NCBI RefSeq assembly: GCF_009914755.1
Contig: NC_060931.1
Length of the DNA: 64,000 nt
Origin: the human T2T-CHM13v2.0 reference genome, Homo sapiens
Reading direction: 5' to 3' (one strand)
Shown here: positions 1 to 13,735 of the stretch, one piece after another
How positions within the stretch are numbered: the stretch's first letter is position 1
Layout: the number at the start of each line of letters is the position of its first letter
Translations under genes and position numbers: made by a program
Notes under the pieces: model-generated
Told to the model about the DNA's origin: nothing
What the model saw: the letters and a program-made list of their open reading frames with translations, nothing else
Database searches by the model: none

Positions 1-128
1 AGACTCTTCAAAGAAGGAGGATTCACGATTAAAAAAAGGAGGGGAGGGGGGAATTATTTTAAAAAGGGGGGAGGGGGAGGGGGGAAGTTCTGTAATGAAA
101 GGAGATCAACTTAAAATTGCACAAGACC

Positions 129-507
<379 letters not shown>

Positions 508-539
508 TGATCACTTTAATAACTTTCTTACTCATTTTC

Positions 540-1085
540 CTTCTTCTTAAGTTCAGCTTCTATTGTCCATACAGCAGCCAGAATGATCTTTCTGAAACAA
601 TGCATGCCATGTAGACTTCTCTCATTAGAGTCTTTTAATAGCTTCACATTGCACCAAGAATAAAACCAGAAATAGTTGTCCTGGCCTCCCAAACTCTGCA
701 TAATCTCTTCACATTCAGCTTTCCATAGCAGTCTCCCTCATGCTCACTGTGCTCCAGACACAATGGCCATCTACTGTCTGTGAGATGCATAAGCCCTTTC
801 CCATCTCAGCGTCTTGTTTCCACCTCCAGTTCTGTTTCCCTTTCAGAGTGGCTTCTCCTTATCATTCGGACTCCTTGCAAATATCATCTATTCAAAGAGA
901 TCTTCTCTGATCCTCTAGCCAAAATTGAGTTCTATCAGTTACTCTCTGTCATCTCACTTCGCCTTATTTCTTTATTACAACTTTTTACAACCTATAGTTA
1001 TATTGTTGATATCTACCATCTATTTTCTTGCTTATTGTCCATATCCCACAGCAGGATGTAAGTTTCATGAGTTCAGACATGCTCT
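540..1085 (+). mobile_element. L2 (LINE-2) 3' fragment
   Basis: L2-type motifs acagcagccagaatgatctttctgaaa and ttattgtc...ggatgtaagtttcatga; highly diverged, boundaries approximate. Confidence 0.7.
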
Positions 1086-2799
1086 CTCTCTTTTGCTATA
1101 ATCCCATTCCACTAACTGTGGAAGGGAAGGTGCAAAATGTTTGTCCTTAGAGATAAAGAAAAGAAAGGAAGGGAAGAAGGAAGGAAATACTCGGCAGGAG
1201 AAAAAATAGCTCTTACTTCTGTTAGCTTTACTACTTTTCTTACAGATCAAGTTCAATAAATCAGATCTTTTGTTGAGTCAGGCTGAGCACTGTAAAATAT
1301 TTTTTATTTAGTGGTACTTTTGGAGCCAAATTATTTCTTCATTCTGAATTTTTAATATTAATATTCTGAACATTAATAAATAATTTGCCTTTATTTAGCA
1401 GCAACAAGTTAGCTCTAGAGGAAAAAAATCAGAACAGTGGCTGAATCTGCTTCATTTTTAAATGTGAATCAACAAATTTAAATATTCACAAATAAAGCTT
1501 TTAGAAATAACTTTTACAGACAAACACAGTGTGTGACTATTAAAGTAAATGCTATAGGACTGACAGAAGTGGAGGTCAACAGACTCAGAAAGAGTTAGGG
1601 TATGCCTTCAGAATGAGGTGGGACCAGGAATCTTTGGTTATGTTAACTAGTAATGAATCTCAGAAATTTTGTGACCCTCATTCTCCATAAAACAGATCAA
1701 ACCAGCTAAATTATTTTTTTCATTCTCTAATCTGCTAATATGGCGTACTTATTTTTAAAATAGATAATATTAGCAGCACATCCCGATAAAGAGAAATATA
1801 TGTTAGTTTTTTTTCCCTACTTGTGCTTCTCCTACCAGGACCTTTTTCTCTACATATGGATTTATGCCCTGAGATGAATGCAGATGTATGCAACATTGGG
1901 CACTTGTTTTTATCCTGGGTTCCTACGCACAGGCAACAAAGTTCCTTCAATTTCATTGTGAATATTAATTTAAAGATGGAGGATCTAGTGTCCTGGATCA
2001 CCTCTTCTTTCCATACCAAATAACTTGCACATGCGAGGGAGATCATGGCAGGCATCACCTTTCCTAAGACATTTAAGGTTTACTTCAGACTCGTACATAG
2101 AAAATCACACACGTCTATTACATGGTTGATAATTCACTTTTGAAAAAAATTTCATTTAAAAATCATTTGAACACTGGATTTGTGTAGTCTAGTTTTGAAA
2201 CAATACATAAATTTGCCATCTCTTCTTGTGCCCCTATCTAGGTCTTTATGCTACTCTGTTTAAAAAGTGACTCAGTTGAAATCAAACATAATTTTCATCT
2301 TTAGTATATTAAGTATTAAAACGCTCAATACATCTCCTCCAAAAACAGCAAACTTCTTAGAAAAGCATTAAACATGTTTGGAACTGATAGAAAATACAGA
2401 AGAACAGTAGTTCTCTGCTGTTTTTGAACTTTTCTGCTCTTTAAGAACTTTTGCCTGGGGTGAAGCTATTTGGTGGTATTTGAAGAAATTTACCAGTAAT
2501 ACATAACTTCTAAACTTCTAAAGCAAAGACATCAGTGGGAAGAATAGTAGAAGCAATGCAATTTTATAATTGGAGGATTTTAAAAAATATATCTGAGTTC
2601 TAGAGTTAAGTTCTAATTGTAAGAAACAGTGAATTATTTGGAAAAACTTGGCTAGCAGGTTGCCTATGAATTTATCATTAAGAGGACAGCATCATGGCAC
2701 CATATTTTAAGCACAGTAGCAAGTGTCAGCTTGTTGATATCCAAAAGTGTAGTTGATATTTTTTTCAATCAGTTATACCATCATAACTAGGTGAAATTA

Positions 2800-2960
2800 T
2801 CAGAGCACTGGCTCAGGAATAAAAATATTTAACTCTGGCACAAACTGGCTGTGCATCTTTAGTCTAACCAAATCAACTTTCTGTGCCTCAGTTTTTAATC
2901 TGCAAAATAAAAGGGTTGGAGTTTATGACCTCTGAAGAATTCTCTTTCAGCTTTAAAAAT
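2800..2960 (+). mobile_element. MIR/MIR3 SINE fragment
   Basis: Core tctgtgcctcagtttttaatctgcaaaataaaagggttgga. Confidence 0.65.
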
Positions 2961-3072
2961 GGGATATTTCATTAATCTATTGCTACTCTTATGGAATAGC
3001 CTTTAACTCAAGAGATAAATATTGATGCATTTAGGATGATTCAGGCAAATTATGTCTATATCTGTTTATCTG

Positions 3073-3110
<38 letters not shown>

Positions 3111-3127
3111 ATCTATCTATCTGTCTA
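3073..3127. repeat. Compound tetranucleotide STR (TCTA)9 TCA (TCTA)2 TCTG TCTA
   Basis: Read directly from the sequence. Confidence 0.95.
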
Positions 3128-4599
3128 TTTAAAGCAGAGACTACCTCCTTACTGTATAGAGTCAGGATGAGTAAATTATCTATATGTTATATTAGTGCCA
3201 TAGCAAGTACAGCAGTCTGATGAATATGCAGTGTATGTGAATATTACTAGAACAGTTGCTTAACTTAAAAACTTCCGTAACACTCTGCTTTCTACTCCGC
3301 CAGTGTATTAGTTTATTCTTTTAGTACAAAGTCAACTTTTTGTTTATATTTTCAACTCAAGCTACTCTGGCAAGTTCAATTCCCATATTAGGTGCCCCTT
3401 TGTCTTTTATACTCACCTCTAGCTTCTTAATATTTCCAATTATAATTTATTTCTAAAATATATCTCTCAGAAGTTCTAAAGATTTCTGGTTTTTGCCTTT
3501 GTGAGGTTTTAGGAAAGACTGTTTTTCCCTCTGGCTTAATTCTACTTGGAAAAAACATCCTTAGAGACACTTTTAACTGCATATTTTTATGAAGTCTCTT
3601 TGAAAGTTTGTTGTTGGTGAGATTGATAGTTATAGATTATAAATGTTTGATTGCAAAAGTTCTGTATTTTTAAAATGGAACAATTCACAATTATCAAGTA
3701 TGCAATTATAACTACCTAAAACAAACTTTCAGAGGCAGTTTCTGGTATCTTATTATAATAAAATTATTAGCATTTTGACTTCTTGAAGGAATTTTATATA
3801 CTCAAGAAGAACCTGGGTTGGTTCTAGAGACAGAGAGCTATCTTACAACACAGGAAAACATAACATGCTCTGAGTATGGCTAGCTAAGGAGTACTACTTA
3901 ACATGTCGACTTTTCTGCAGTGAGGTTTTGTATTTAAGTAGAAACTGGTAAGTCAAGAATATTTCAAAAACTGAAGGAGATTAAATAAATTATAACCAAT
4001 ACCAGGTTACATATTGGCTCAAAAATCCTAATTTTCTGTATTTAGCATTTTGAGAGGATTATTGTCAGCCAAGGTCTAAACAGATCATTGGAGTAAAGAT
4101 GATGATATAGATGATGATTCTTTTAAAGAACTGGAGCAAAATTTCAACACTGGAGTATTCCACATTGGAGAAAGAAGAATAATAAAATATATACCATCTA
4201 AAAGTATATGTTAAAAATAATCTATGTTGAGAGGTACAATTGCAGAATCAGAGGACTAAGTTGTTATGAGCATAGGTTGGTAATGTTGGGAATGACCTAC
4301 ATAGGTGCAAAATTTTATGAGCATAAGGAGATTTCTGAAGTTGCCTAAAGCCTCCTCGGAGGTAATAGAGATAAAGAGGCACTGGAGCTGGTGCCCTCCC
4401 TTAGTCATAGACTAAGGACCAATCTGGCATGGTTTCTGAAATCTCTGAATTGTGTGAGGTCATAAAGACCAAGGTAGGTGGTCCAGGGGACAATATCTTC
4501 TAACACATTATCTTGTTTGACTTTATATTCAACAGTGACATTTGCAGGCAAGTTTTATTAGTTGAGTTTTACCTATAAAGCTATCCAGACCCAAGAGAG

Positions 4600-4710
4600 T
4601 CTCAATATTTTTATATACTATTGTCCAAGGTTGTACAATAACAAGGGGACAGGATTAACATTCAGACCTACAGATTCTAAATCCAAGTTCAATGCTCTTT
4701 CTATTACATC
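4600..4710 (-). mobile_element. MIR fragment
   Basis: ttgtccaaggtt...gattctaaatccaagttcaatgctctttctattac resembles antisense MIR. Confidence 0.5.
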
Positions 4711-5099
4711 AGGAGAAAAAATTACCACCCCCCAGGTATTTCACATCATTTATGTTTCAGCTTTCAATTAGCCTGAAAACTAAATTATTCAGAAGGCTTC
4801 TTTCCTTAATAATGCTCTTTAATAATTACATATTTTTATAATGATTTAACTCCTTTTTGGAGAAAATTTTAGTAAGATATAAACTTTGCCTACACTGAAT
4901 GTTTACGAGTGATATATAAATGTTCTTCAAGGCCACATGGGACACGTCTACTGTGTGTGAAAGAAAAAACTGAATATTTGGTGGCAAAATAATTAAGTTG
5001 TATTTAGAAAGTAGTCCAGTAACTTCTCCTTCTCCCTTTTCTTTCCATTTCTATTCCTAGTATTTTAATTCTGGTTTAGTTTAAAATTTAAACCAATCT

Positions 5100-5635
5100 A
5101 TGAGGAGCTCTTGTGTACCACTCCAAATTATCTTGACTGAACCTCATACTACAACCATTGATGTGGTTCCCTGTTTCTTTAAGATGTCCCTCAACCTCAC
5201 AGGTGCAATCTGACAGTGTCTCATCTTGTGCAAGGGCTTTTTCTTGCTTTCGGCCCTTTTTTTTTGTCATTTTTGAAGACACAGCTTAGTATTCCTAGAG
5301 GGGTCTGATGGACACTCACGGATAGACAGCTAGGAGTGGGGCTTCAATGCCGATGGTGCTATCTTTGATGAGTAGGGGACAGAAGTTACAGGAAAAAATT
5401 TCTTCCCTGTTGTCCTCTGGGTTGCAAGTTCTGACATGCATTTCATAAACTTCACAATATCTGGCAAGATCAAATACCACGTCTCAGCCTAATGGGTAAT
5501 GAAACAAGGCAACTTTTCATTTGCTTTTTCTATTTTCCTGCTAACCTCTTCTCACCCTCAACCTCTTGGGATTACATTTCTTGCCTTGCAAGCCTTTGTC
5601 TATGGCTCTGCCTTTGAGGAAACTCAAGTTAGAAG
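5100..5635 (+). mobile_element. Old ERVL-class solo LTR (LTR16-like)
   Basis: 3' end gcaagcctttgtctatggctctgcctttgaggaaactcaagttagaa resembles the LTR16/ERVL terminus. Confidence 0.5.
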
Positions 5636-7729
5636 CAAAAATATAGAGAAGAAGTTCAATTTTCTCCAAATTTAGTGTACTATTTCAATGGTACTGAATA
5701 GAGACCCAAGAAACCAAGAGAGAGTGCTTAGTAGGGAACCTTTAATGAGCACTGGCATTCATCAGACAAGGGGCCTTAAGGAGAACTGGCTACTAAAGTT
5801 TCTGCCCATCAGGATCACAAGTTGGCAGGTTTCCTAGTCCAGCATTAAGAATCTAGAGAGGAGCAGATTGTGGATGAGAATTCTGTATTCTCTCCTGCCC
5901 CACAGGCACCTGCTGGCTGTCTTGTCCCAAGCCTACTAAGGTTGAATTGTCCGACTGAATTTAATGGGAAGCCCTGACCTTGAAACTGTAAATCTCAGAG
6001 CCAAAAGCAAAGCTAGTAATGAGCCCCAAGTGGTACGCCCATTTGCTTCTTTGCTTCATAAGTTAACCGTGGCCGAAGAATTTTATCTTGGGCTCTCATG
6101 ATGCATTTTTCAAACCTGAATTTGCAACTAAATTCTAAATGTATTTTTCTTCTGTATATTTTTTCCTATGATGTACTTACTTGGGTGTGACATTACTTAT
6201 TTTTCCTATAAGGAATCCAAATGCAGCTCCAAACTTCCACTCTAATGACCAAAATAGTGTCCAATTTCATTATGAGCAGCAATTATAGTATGTGCAGCAA
6301 GGGATTATGTTCAATTTATTTTGCAGATTCACTTCAATTTTTGCCTTAAAAAGTATAGTTCTCTTTATCAGAGACAATGATTGTTATCAGTGTTAAGATT
6401 GCTAGTAAAATGCTAAATAGCACATGGTTAAAACTACTTTTTAAAAGTCTCATTTGATTTTTTATAAGATCTGTACTGGTAATGAGAATGAAGTTTGGCT
6501 CATTAAGGAAAAAATATTTTATACAATTAGCAGCAAAATAGGGAAGTACATTATTAAACTAGTGTTATTTTAAAATGGACAAGATGACATGGCCTAAACA
6601 ACTTTTAGTATTATTTTCCTTCCGGTAGGTGGACCTGTGTTGTGTTGGTAAGGCTTATTGCAAGGTAAAATTGCTGATTAGTCTATTTTTCTTTTCTTTT
6701 TATTTTTTGAACACTAAAGCACCCTGAAGGTAGACTCTTTAATGTATAAGCCATGTCAAGTTGAGAACTATATTTTACACACTGGACTCCACAGCAGAGA
6801 CAAGAAATTTGCTAATTAATTTATTGGTAGCTTAGTTGCATTTTCAATGTCATAAGCCTTAAAAATTTAAGTATTTCTCTGAAGATATACCCAAATTTAA
6901 ATTACATATAGATTTATTGATTTTCAGTAAGAAAATACAGTAAATTGAAATATATTAATATCAAAGGTTATATTGAATTTTTTTTCTGCACACTGTATTT
7001 TTGCATTGTCCTTAGGCTAAGTCAACACATTATTATCCTGTCACTTGTTGATTCACAGAGTCTTACTAAACCTAAATATTTTTTACTTTCAAAACAGAGA
7101 TTGTCTTCGAATTTTATTCATGGATTTTTTATAGTGCTTCTTCAGTGTGCATGTTAGCTATCCTTTGATCATTTTCTCTTAAGATTCATACACATAAAAT
7201 AGATTTTAAGCTTGAGGGTTGCTTAATATTAGATTATACAATATTTAAATTCTTATGGAAATTCTTCTCAAGTTCTTTATCTCAGTTGTACTGAACATAA
7301 CACCACTAGCCTTAGATTCCATACTCATTTCCCTAATGTGATTTCAATGGCAGTAAAGCATGGTGCTTATGAAAGTAAAGTCACACATTCAGTTCTGGAG
7401 AGGTCTCTTAACTTTGCACAGAAAAAAGATCTAATTGGCAACTACCAACTTCGTCATCAGCTCTGAAGGTACAAAAATGTACCATAGTTTTTATAGAATA
7501 ATGCTAAGAGGACAAACATGGCATTATGTAATCTATTTAATTTATTGAGAAATTGAGAATGTAATACTGTCAGAAGCAGTCTGTTCACCATCTGTTTCAT
7601 TTGTTTGGTTACATTTTCGAGCCCCTGGAATTAGTCAGGATACTGTTACTAGTAATGACCAAGGGGTTATGAACATAAGTGAACAGAGTAATACATAATT
7701 TCAGATAGTGCAACTCACATGGTGGGACT

Positions 7730-9530
7730 TCTGCTAGCCTGAGTGGACTTCTGGAGGACAATTTTGCTGTAGAGTTTTCTGCAGACACACCAAATTTTGT
7801 GTGATAGGGAAATAAACTTTTGTTACAAGCCACTGAAATTGAAGGTTGTTAGTGCAGAATAATCACGCCTGCTCTGACAAATACTGACAGTGAAACCAGA
7901 ACTAGAAAGCTTTCCTAACAAAAACCTAAAATACGAGCAGAAGGAAACTGATATCAAAGCCTTAAAAAGATGGTAATCTGTATTATACAGTAGTAAAATG
8001 TTCGGCAAAATGCATAAACCCTTGCATTTTGCAAACCCCTGCAGGGTTTGGGGAGACAGATTGTACACCTAAAACAAAACGAAACAAAATTTAAAAGTAA
8101 AAACACCACTAATAACAACAAAAATGTGTGGCTTTAGGAAAAGAGAGTTTGAAAATTTTATAATTTTGTGTAATTGTAAATGAGTGTGTTTGGCAAGATA
8201 TTATAAGGCAATGGGTTCAGGTGGTAGTTTGCTGGTTGGAAAGCAAATAGATATAGTCCACAAAATCTAGGTTGTTCAGTATTGAGAAAGTCATTGTTTC
8301 CTGATCGCCAGCAATAAAAGATAAGATTGAGAAAACTTTGAAAGATCCAGTAAGATCTTTAAACTGACTCAGGAGAAAAAATCAGATGAAAAGTATAGAG
8401 CCAGTAAATACTTTCGACTGAATAAAATGACTTAGGGTAAAAATCTGATTGGAACGCAGAAAAGCCCACAGCCTCAAAATATCCTCATTTAGATTAAAGA
8501 AGATGACGGGAGCGAGAAAGCAAACAGAGTAAATCTGAAATTTACCTTGGAAAGGCTGTTGTGCATATGAACTGATTGGAATCAAGTATAATAAGAAGAC
8601 TAGTTTTTGAGAGTATTATATCATAAGGCAAACATCTTAAGACTAAGATTCAAATCATTCTCAGGCCCAGAATACTTTAGATTAAGGAAATTAGCTGAGA
8701 TACCTCCTCCACCACCAAAGGCCCACTTCAGACATGGGCAAGGAGGATAAACACAGGCTCAAGGTCCAAAGAGAACATTGGATAGTTGCTCCTCCCATAG
8801 AACATGGTTGGGGATACATTCTGGTAATTTTTCACTCTCATGGCATGAGGACCTTTATAATGCCTGTCCAGTGGGTGCGCAGCATGGATATAGGGCTGAC
8901 ATCACAGTATATACGGAGATGTAAAGGAACAAATAAAATAGTTACTGAGCACTCCCACCTCTTACAGTATCATGTTTTCAGTTTCTCATTAAATTAAATA
9001 GACTGCATCACTTTCTGTCTCCCATTCTTTTTTTTTTGAGACAGCATCTCACTCCGTTGCCCCAGCTAGAGTACAGTGGCGTGATCTTGGCTCACTGCAA
9101 TCTCCGCCTCCCGGGTTCAAGTAATTCTCCTGCTTCAGCCTCCTGAGTAGCTGGGACTACAGGCACGTGCCACCACACCTGGCTAATTTTTGTATTTATA
9201 GTAGAGATGGGGTTTCACCATATTGGCCAGGCTGGTCTCGAACTCCTGACCTCGTGATCCACCCACCTCAGCCTCCCAAAGTGCTGGGATTACAGGCATG
9301 AGCCACCATGCCCAGCTGTCTCCCATTCTTTCTTCTTCCAAATGGTAGTGATTTAGTAGAAGCTTTATTATTACACTTGATTGTGAACTTGCATTTTTAG
9401 TTCATAAGTCTACACATCCAGCACAGTCATGCCTTGAGTTTATGTAGACACCCCTGAACGTCATGCAGCGATAAGTCTTTGAACTGGATGTATTGATAGG
9501 AATCTCAATCTTATCTCTAAGAATTTCATA
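7730..9530 (+). mobile_element. MLT1 (MaLR) LTR 3' part plus MLT1 internal relic, interrupted by an Alu
   Basis: LTR end aataaacttttgttacaagccactgaaattgaaggttgttagtgcag...ctgacaaatac (~7874), then internal-like taacaaaaacctaaaata. Confidence 0.55.
9031..9316 (-). mobile_element. Alu (AluSg-like)
   Basis: Full dimer; TSD tgtctcccattcttt at 9016-9030 and 9317-9331; diagnostic gacctcgtgatcc. Confidence 0.95.
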
Positions 9531-9667
9531 TCTTATATCTTTCTTAGAATGCTTCCTCAAGTTACATTTCTCTAATTTTTCTTAGGTACATGTGCAAGGA
9601 ATATATGAAAAAGAAGTAAGTGCAACCTATAAATATAAATAAGTATATGATTAATATGATGAATTAA

Positions 9668-9985
<318 letters not shown>

Positions 9986-10482
9986 TCAACATGCAATTTT
10001 TAAATGCAAGTGTTGATCACAAAAAGCAGTTGAATAATCTACGTATTAAAATGAAAAGCAATTCAGTCGTTACAAATAAATTATTCTTGCACCAAGTTGC
10101 ATTTCTATTCTTGGCATAATAAAAAGAGAGATAAGAAGATATCCAATGATATTACTTTCCATCCTTGCCCCTATTGATCATAGTTCATTGATTCCCAATG
10201 CAAATGGTACCTCTATGTTCCCCCACAGGTGTGTAGGAGGACCTGGCTTTCCAAACTTAGGAATGGATTGTCTGTCATTTAAATCACATTTGAAATGGTG
10301 CAGGAGAGTCTTTCTCTTTAAAAATTTTCTTTGTGATGTTACAAATCCCCACTTAGTTTGTTGGTTAAATTACATTTCTAATAATTGATTTTTAAAGTGG
10401 CACTAACCTGTATATAAATAATTTAAGGGCTTTATCAACCTACTTTGATTGGCTGAGCCTCAATGTTGATTTCAAGCAATAA

Positions 10483-10740
10483 TAGTACATAGTGGTCAAA
10501 ATAGGGATATGGACTATGACTGGCAGAGTTAATGTCCCAATTCCATCATTCACTACCTGGATGAGCTTGAACTAGTTACTGAAATAGTCTGCATATTAGA
10601 TTTTTCACCTACAAAATGTGCAGACTCTTATTAACTACTTATATGGTTTTGAAGATTAAATAAGTTATTGTATATAAAATTGCTTAGAAAATGTCTGTGA
10701 TGCACTAAATGCTACACAAGTGTTTGCAGTTTTTATTACT
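10483..10740 (+). mobile_element. MIR SINE, near full length
   Basis: catagtggtcaaa...gaagattaaataagttattgtatataaaattgcttagaaaatgtctg. Confidence 0.8.
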
Positions 10741-11009
10741 TAGGAACATTTTTGTTCAATGTAAAAGAATTCTTTTCCACACAATAATCTTAGTTTGCAT
10801 GTGGACAATTAAAATGCTTACATGAATTAGATTATCTAGAACACATTAAATGTAGTAATGAATGTCTCTACAAAAGGCATTCTAAAATGTACTTTCAAAA
10901 ATCTTGTATTTGTTTAAAAATTCTTGTAAAGAAGCTTAAACTAAAATGTAATAAATGCATTTCTTACTGCCATTCTTATATTGGTTAGGGGTGACTAACC
11001 AATTGTTCA

Positions 11010-11280
11010 TGTTTCAGTCAGGAAAGGCCTTGTAATGCTGCAATAAGAAAGAGCCTTCTTTTATTTCTTGTTTCCAATGTTCTCTGTGGATCTGGGCAAT
11101 CACCTTCTATATGGCTACTCAGTAATGCTGACTCACGGAGAAACTGAATGTTCAGCCTCTTTGGTCAGTGGAAGAGAAAATAGAGTATCACACTTGCGTC
11201 AGCTTTTCAGTGACACAAATCACTTGTGCTCTCACCTCATTATTGAAACATGATTCATATGGACCTGCCTAATGAATTAA
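11010..11280 (-). mobile_element. Old MLT1 (K/L-type) LTR fragment
   Basis: cagtgacacaaatcacttgtgctctcacctcatt...tcatatggacctgcctaa resembles antisense MLT1. Confidence 0.4.
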
Positions 11281-12154
11281 CATTTTTCATATGGCTCTTC
11301 CTGTGCATTACTTGCAAGGAAGATGGGTAATGAGAGAAGGACAGGGTTTATTTGCTGACCATTGTATCTCTGACTTAGTCTGACTTTCCATCTTCCAAAT
11401 ATATCTTTGCTCCCTTCTTTCACAACATGGGATCTTTCCTCAAGGGAGACAACCAACAAAGTTAAATAGGAAAAAAGGACTTTATTTGAAGCTATAGAAG
11501 AAGGAATATATGGACACTGGCTTGATGATTGTATTTTTTAAACAGATTTTTGTGGGGGAAAAGAACAGTGATAATGAAAAACATCACAGAGAAGGTGTGA
11601 ATGGGGAGAAAGAAAAGTAAGAATATTTATAGCAGATTCAGATATATATTCCCGTGGAAAATGAGAATAATGCAAAGTCTAAACCAGCATATCTTTTTTG
11701 ATACTCCTATTGTGCACCCTCTTTAAAAGAATATTTGCATTACACTCAAGCAAACTCTTCTATAAGAAAGATTTTCATTAGGGAAGACAGAGAATGATGA
11801 AGTTGAATATAGCTTGGTGGCTCTTGTGTGATAGAACTTTTGAGAAATGGATATTCAAACACTTCTTTCTACTCACTGAATAGTAATGGCAAACATGACT
11901 AAAACCTTAAAATTTTTAGACTGTTAAATGCCTTACAATGAAAAATGCATGTAAAAATCCTACCTTCTCCCTTGGAAGGCATTTTATTTGGTTAAAAAAA
12001 ATCCCAACTGATTATGTGCCTGGGCAATGATTTTTATAGATTAGCTTTAACAGAGTATCTGCAATATTAGATGTTATTACCACCATGCCAAAGTATTTAA
12101 TAGCTTCTTTGCCTAGCTATGGAATCTGTCCTATAATGTGGGGAGATAGAGTGG

Positions 12155-13687
12155 GTGCTTTCCTCCTAAGATCCTCCTAAGATCTTAGGAGGTGCTTTCC
12201 TCCTAAGATCAGAGTGGGTGCTTTCCTCCTTTAGATCCCTAAAGACAGGAATATCCACTTTGGCCGCTTCTAATCAACACTGTAATAAAAATTCTATCCA
12301 GAGCAATTAGAAAAAAAAGAAAACAGAAAAAGAACTTAAAAGTATCCATAATGGAAAGGAAAAAGTAAAACTACCTCTATTGACAGATAACATGACTTTG
12401 TGTATAGACCTTGTGTATTGATGGGTAACATGACTTTGTGTATTGAACTGGTGTATTGACAGATAAAATGACTTTGTGTATAGACCTTGTGTATTGACGG
12501 ATAACATGACCTTGGAACCCACATCCCCCAAAATACTATTAAAATAGTAAGTGAGTTAAGCAACTTTGCAAGATACAAGATCAATATAAAGTCCATTTTA
12601 TTTCTATATACTAGCAATTAACAATCAGAAAATAAAATTAAGAAAACGATTCTGTTTACAAAAACATAAAAATACTTAGGAATAAATTTAACAAAGTCAT
12701 GAAAATTTTTACACTGAAAACTAGAAAACTGAAAAATTTAAGAAGTTCTAAGGAAATGGAATGGCATAGATCCTTGATACCATAGATCCTCAGTATTATT
12801 AAGATGGGTATTTTCTCTAAATCAATCTGCTAATTGAATATGATCACTAACAGCATTCTGGCTGGCTCCATGCAGAAACTGCTGATCTAATAATCACATA
12901 TGTATGAAAATGCAAGTAATACAGAATCAGCCATATTTCAGCTCAATATCATTTGTCATTAGGAAACTGCAAATCAAAACTACAATAAAATGCCACTTTA
13001 TACCTATAAAGATCATCATCATAATAATAAAATAGACAACATGTGTTAGCAAGGATGTGGAGTCAAGGGAATCCTTATACATTGATGGTGGGAATGCAAA
13101 ATGATTCAACTGCTTTGGAATAGAGTTTGGTAGTTTCTCAAAATATTAAATATAGAGGTATTATATGCTCCAGCAATTCTATTTCTAGGTATATAGCCAT
13201 GAAAAGTGAAAACATGTTCATACAATAACTTACATGCAACTGTTCAGAGCAGCACTATTCATAATAGCCTAAAGTTAAAAACAATACTAAATGTCCATCG
13301 AATGGTGAATGGATAAACAAAAGATAGCATATCCAAACATTGCTGTACTTACTATTCAGCCATGCAAAGGAATAGAGTGCTGAAACATGCTACAGTGTGG
13401 ATGAACCTTGAAAACATTATGCTAACATGCTAAGTGAAATAATCCATCTATAAAAGATCACATATTTTGTGGTTTTATTTATATAAAAGGCTATATCAGG
13501 CAGGACAGGGAGTGGCCGCTGATTGATACACAATTTTCCTTTTTGGAGTGATGAAAATGTTCTAAAATTAGTTTGTTGTAATGGTTGCAAAACTGTGAAT
13601 ATACTGAAACCACTTAAGTACATATTTTAATGGGTAAACCATATAGTATGTTAAGTATGTCTCAATAAGGCTATTAAAGAAAGAAAA
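12155..13687 (+). mobile_element. Old L1 (L1MB/L1MC-type) ORF2 3' part and 3'UTR, internally deleted
   Basis: ORF2-like sequence (agagcaattag, aaaatacttaggaataaatttaacaaa) and 3' end ggagtgatgaaaatgttctaaaattag...atgtctcaataaggctatt plus A-rich tail. Confidence 0.85.
12378..12514. repeat. Minisatellite, 3.6 x 38 bp, inside the L1
   Basis: Units start at 12378, 12416, 12454 and 12492; unit tattgacagataacatgactttgtgtatagaccttgtg. Confidence 0.9.
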
Positions 13688-13735
13688 GTAGCTAGTTTTT
13701 GTTACCCATTCATTAGGCATTTTGATGCTTAGTAC

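Noticed and set aside
1735-2058. 107-aa minus-strand ORF in unique DNA
   Set aside because: No recognisable domain or exon structure; length compatible with chance
12378-12514. Repeat array superficially like a CRISPR
   Set aside because: Head-to-tail units with no unique spacers, L1-derived, eukaryotic context, no cas genes
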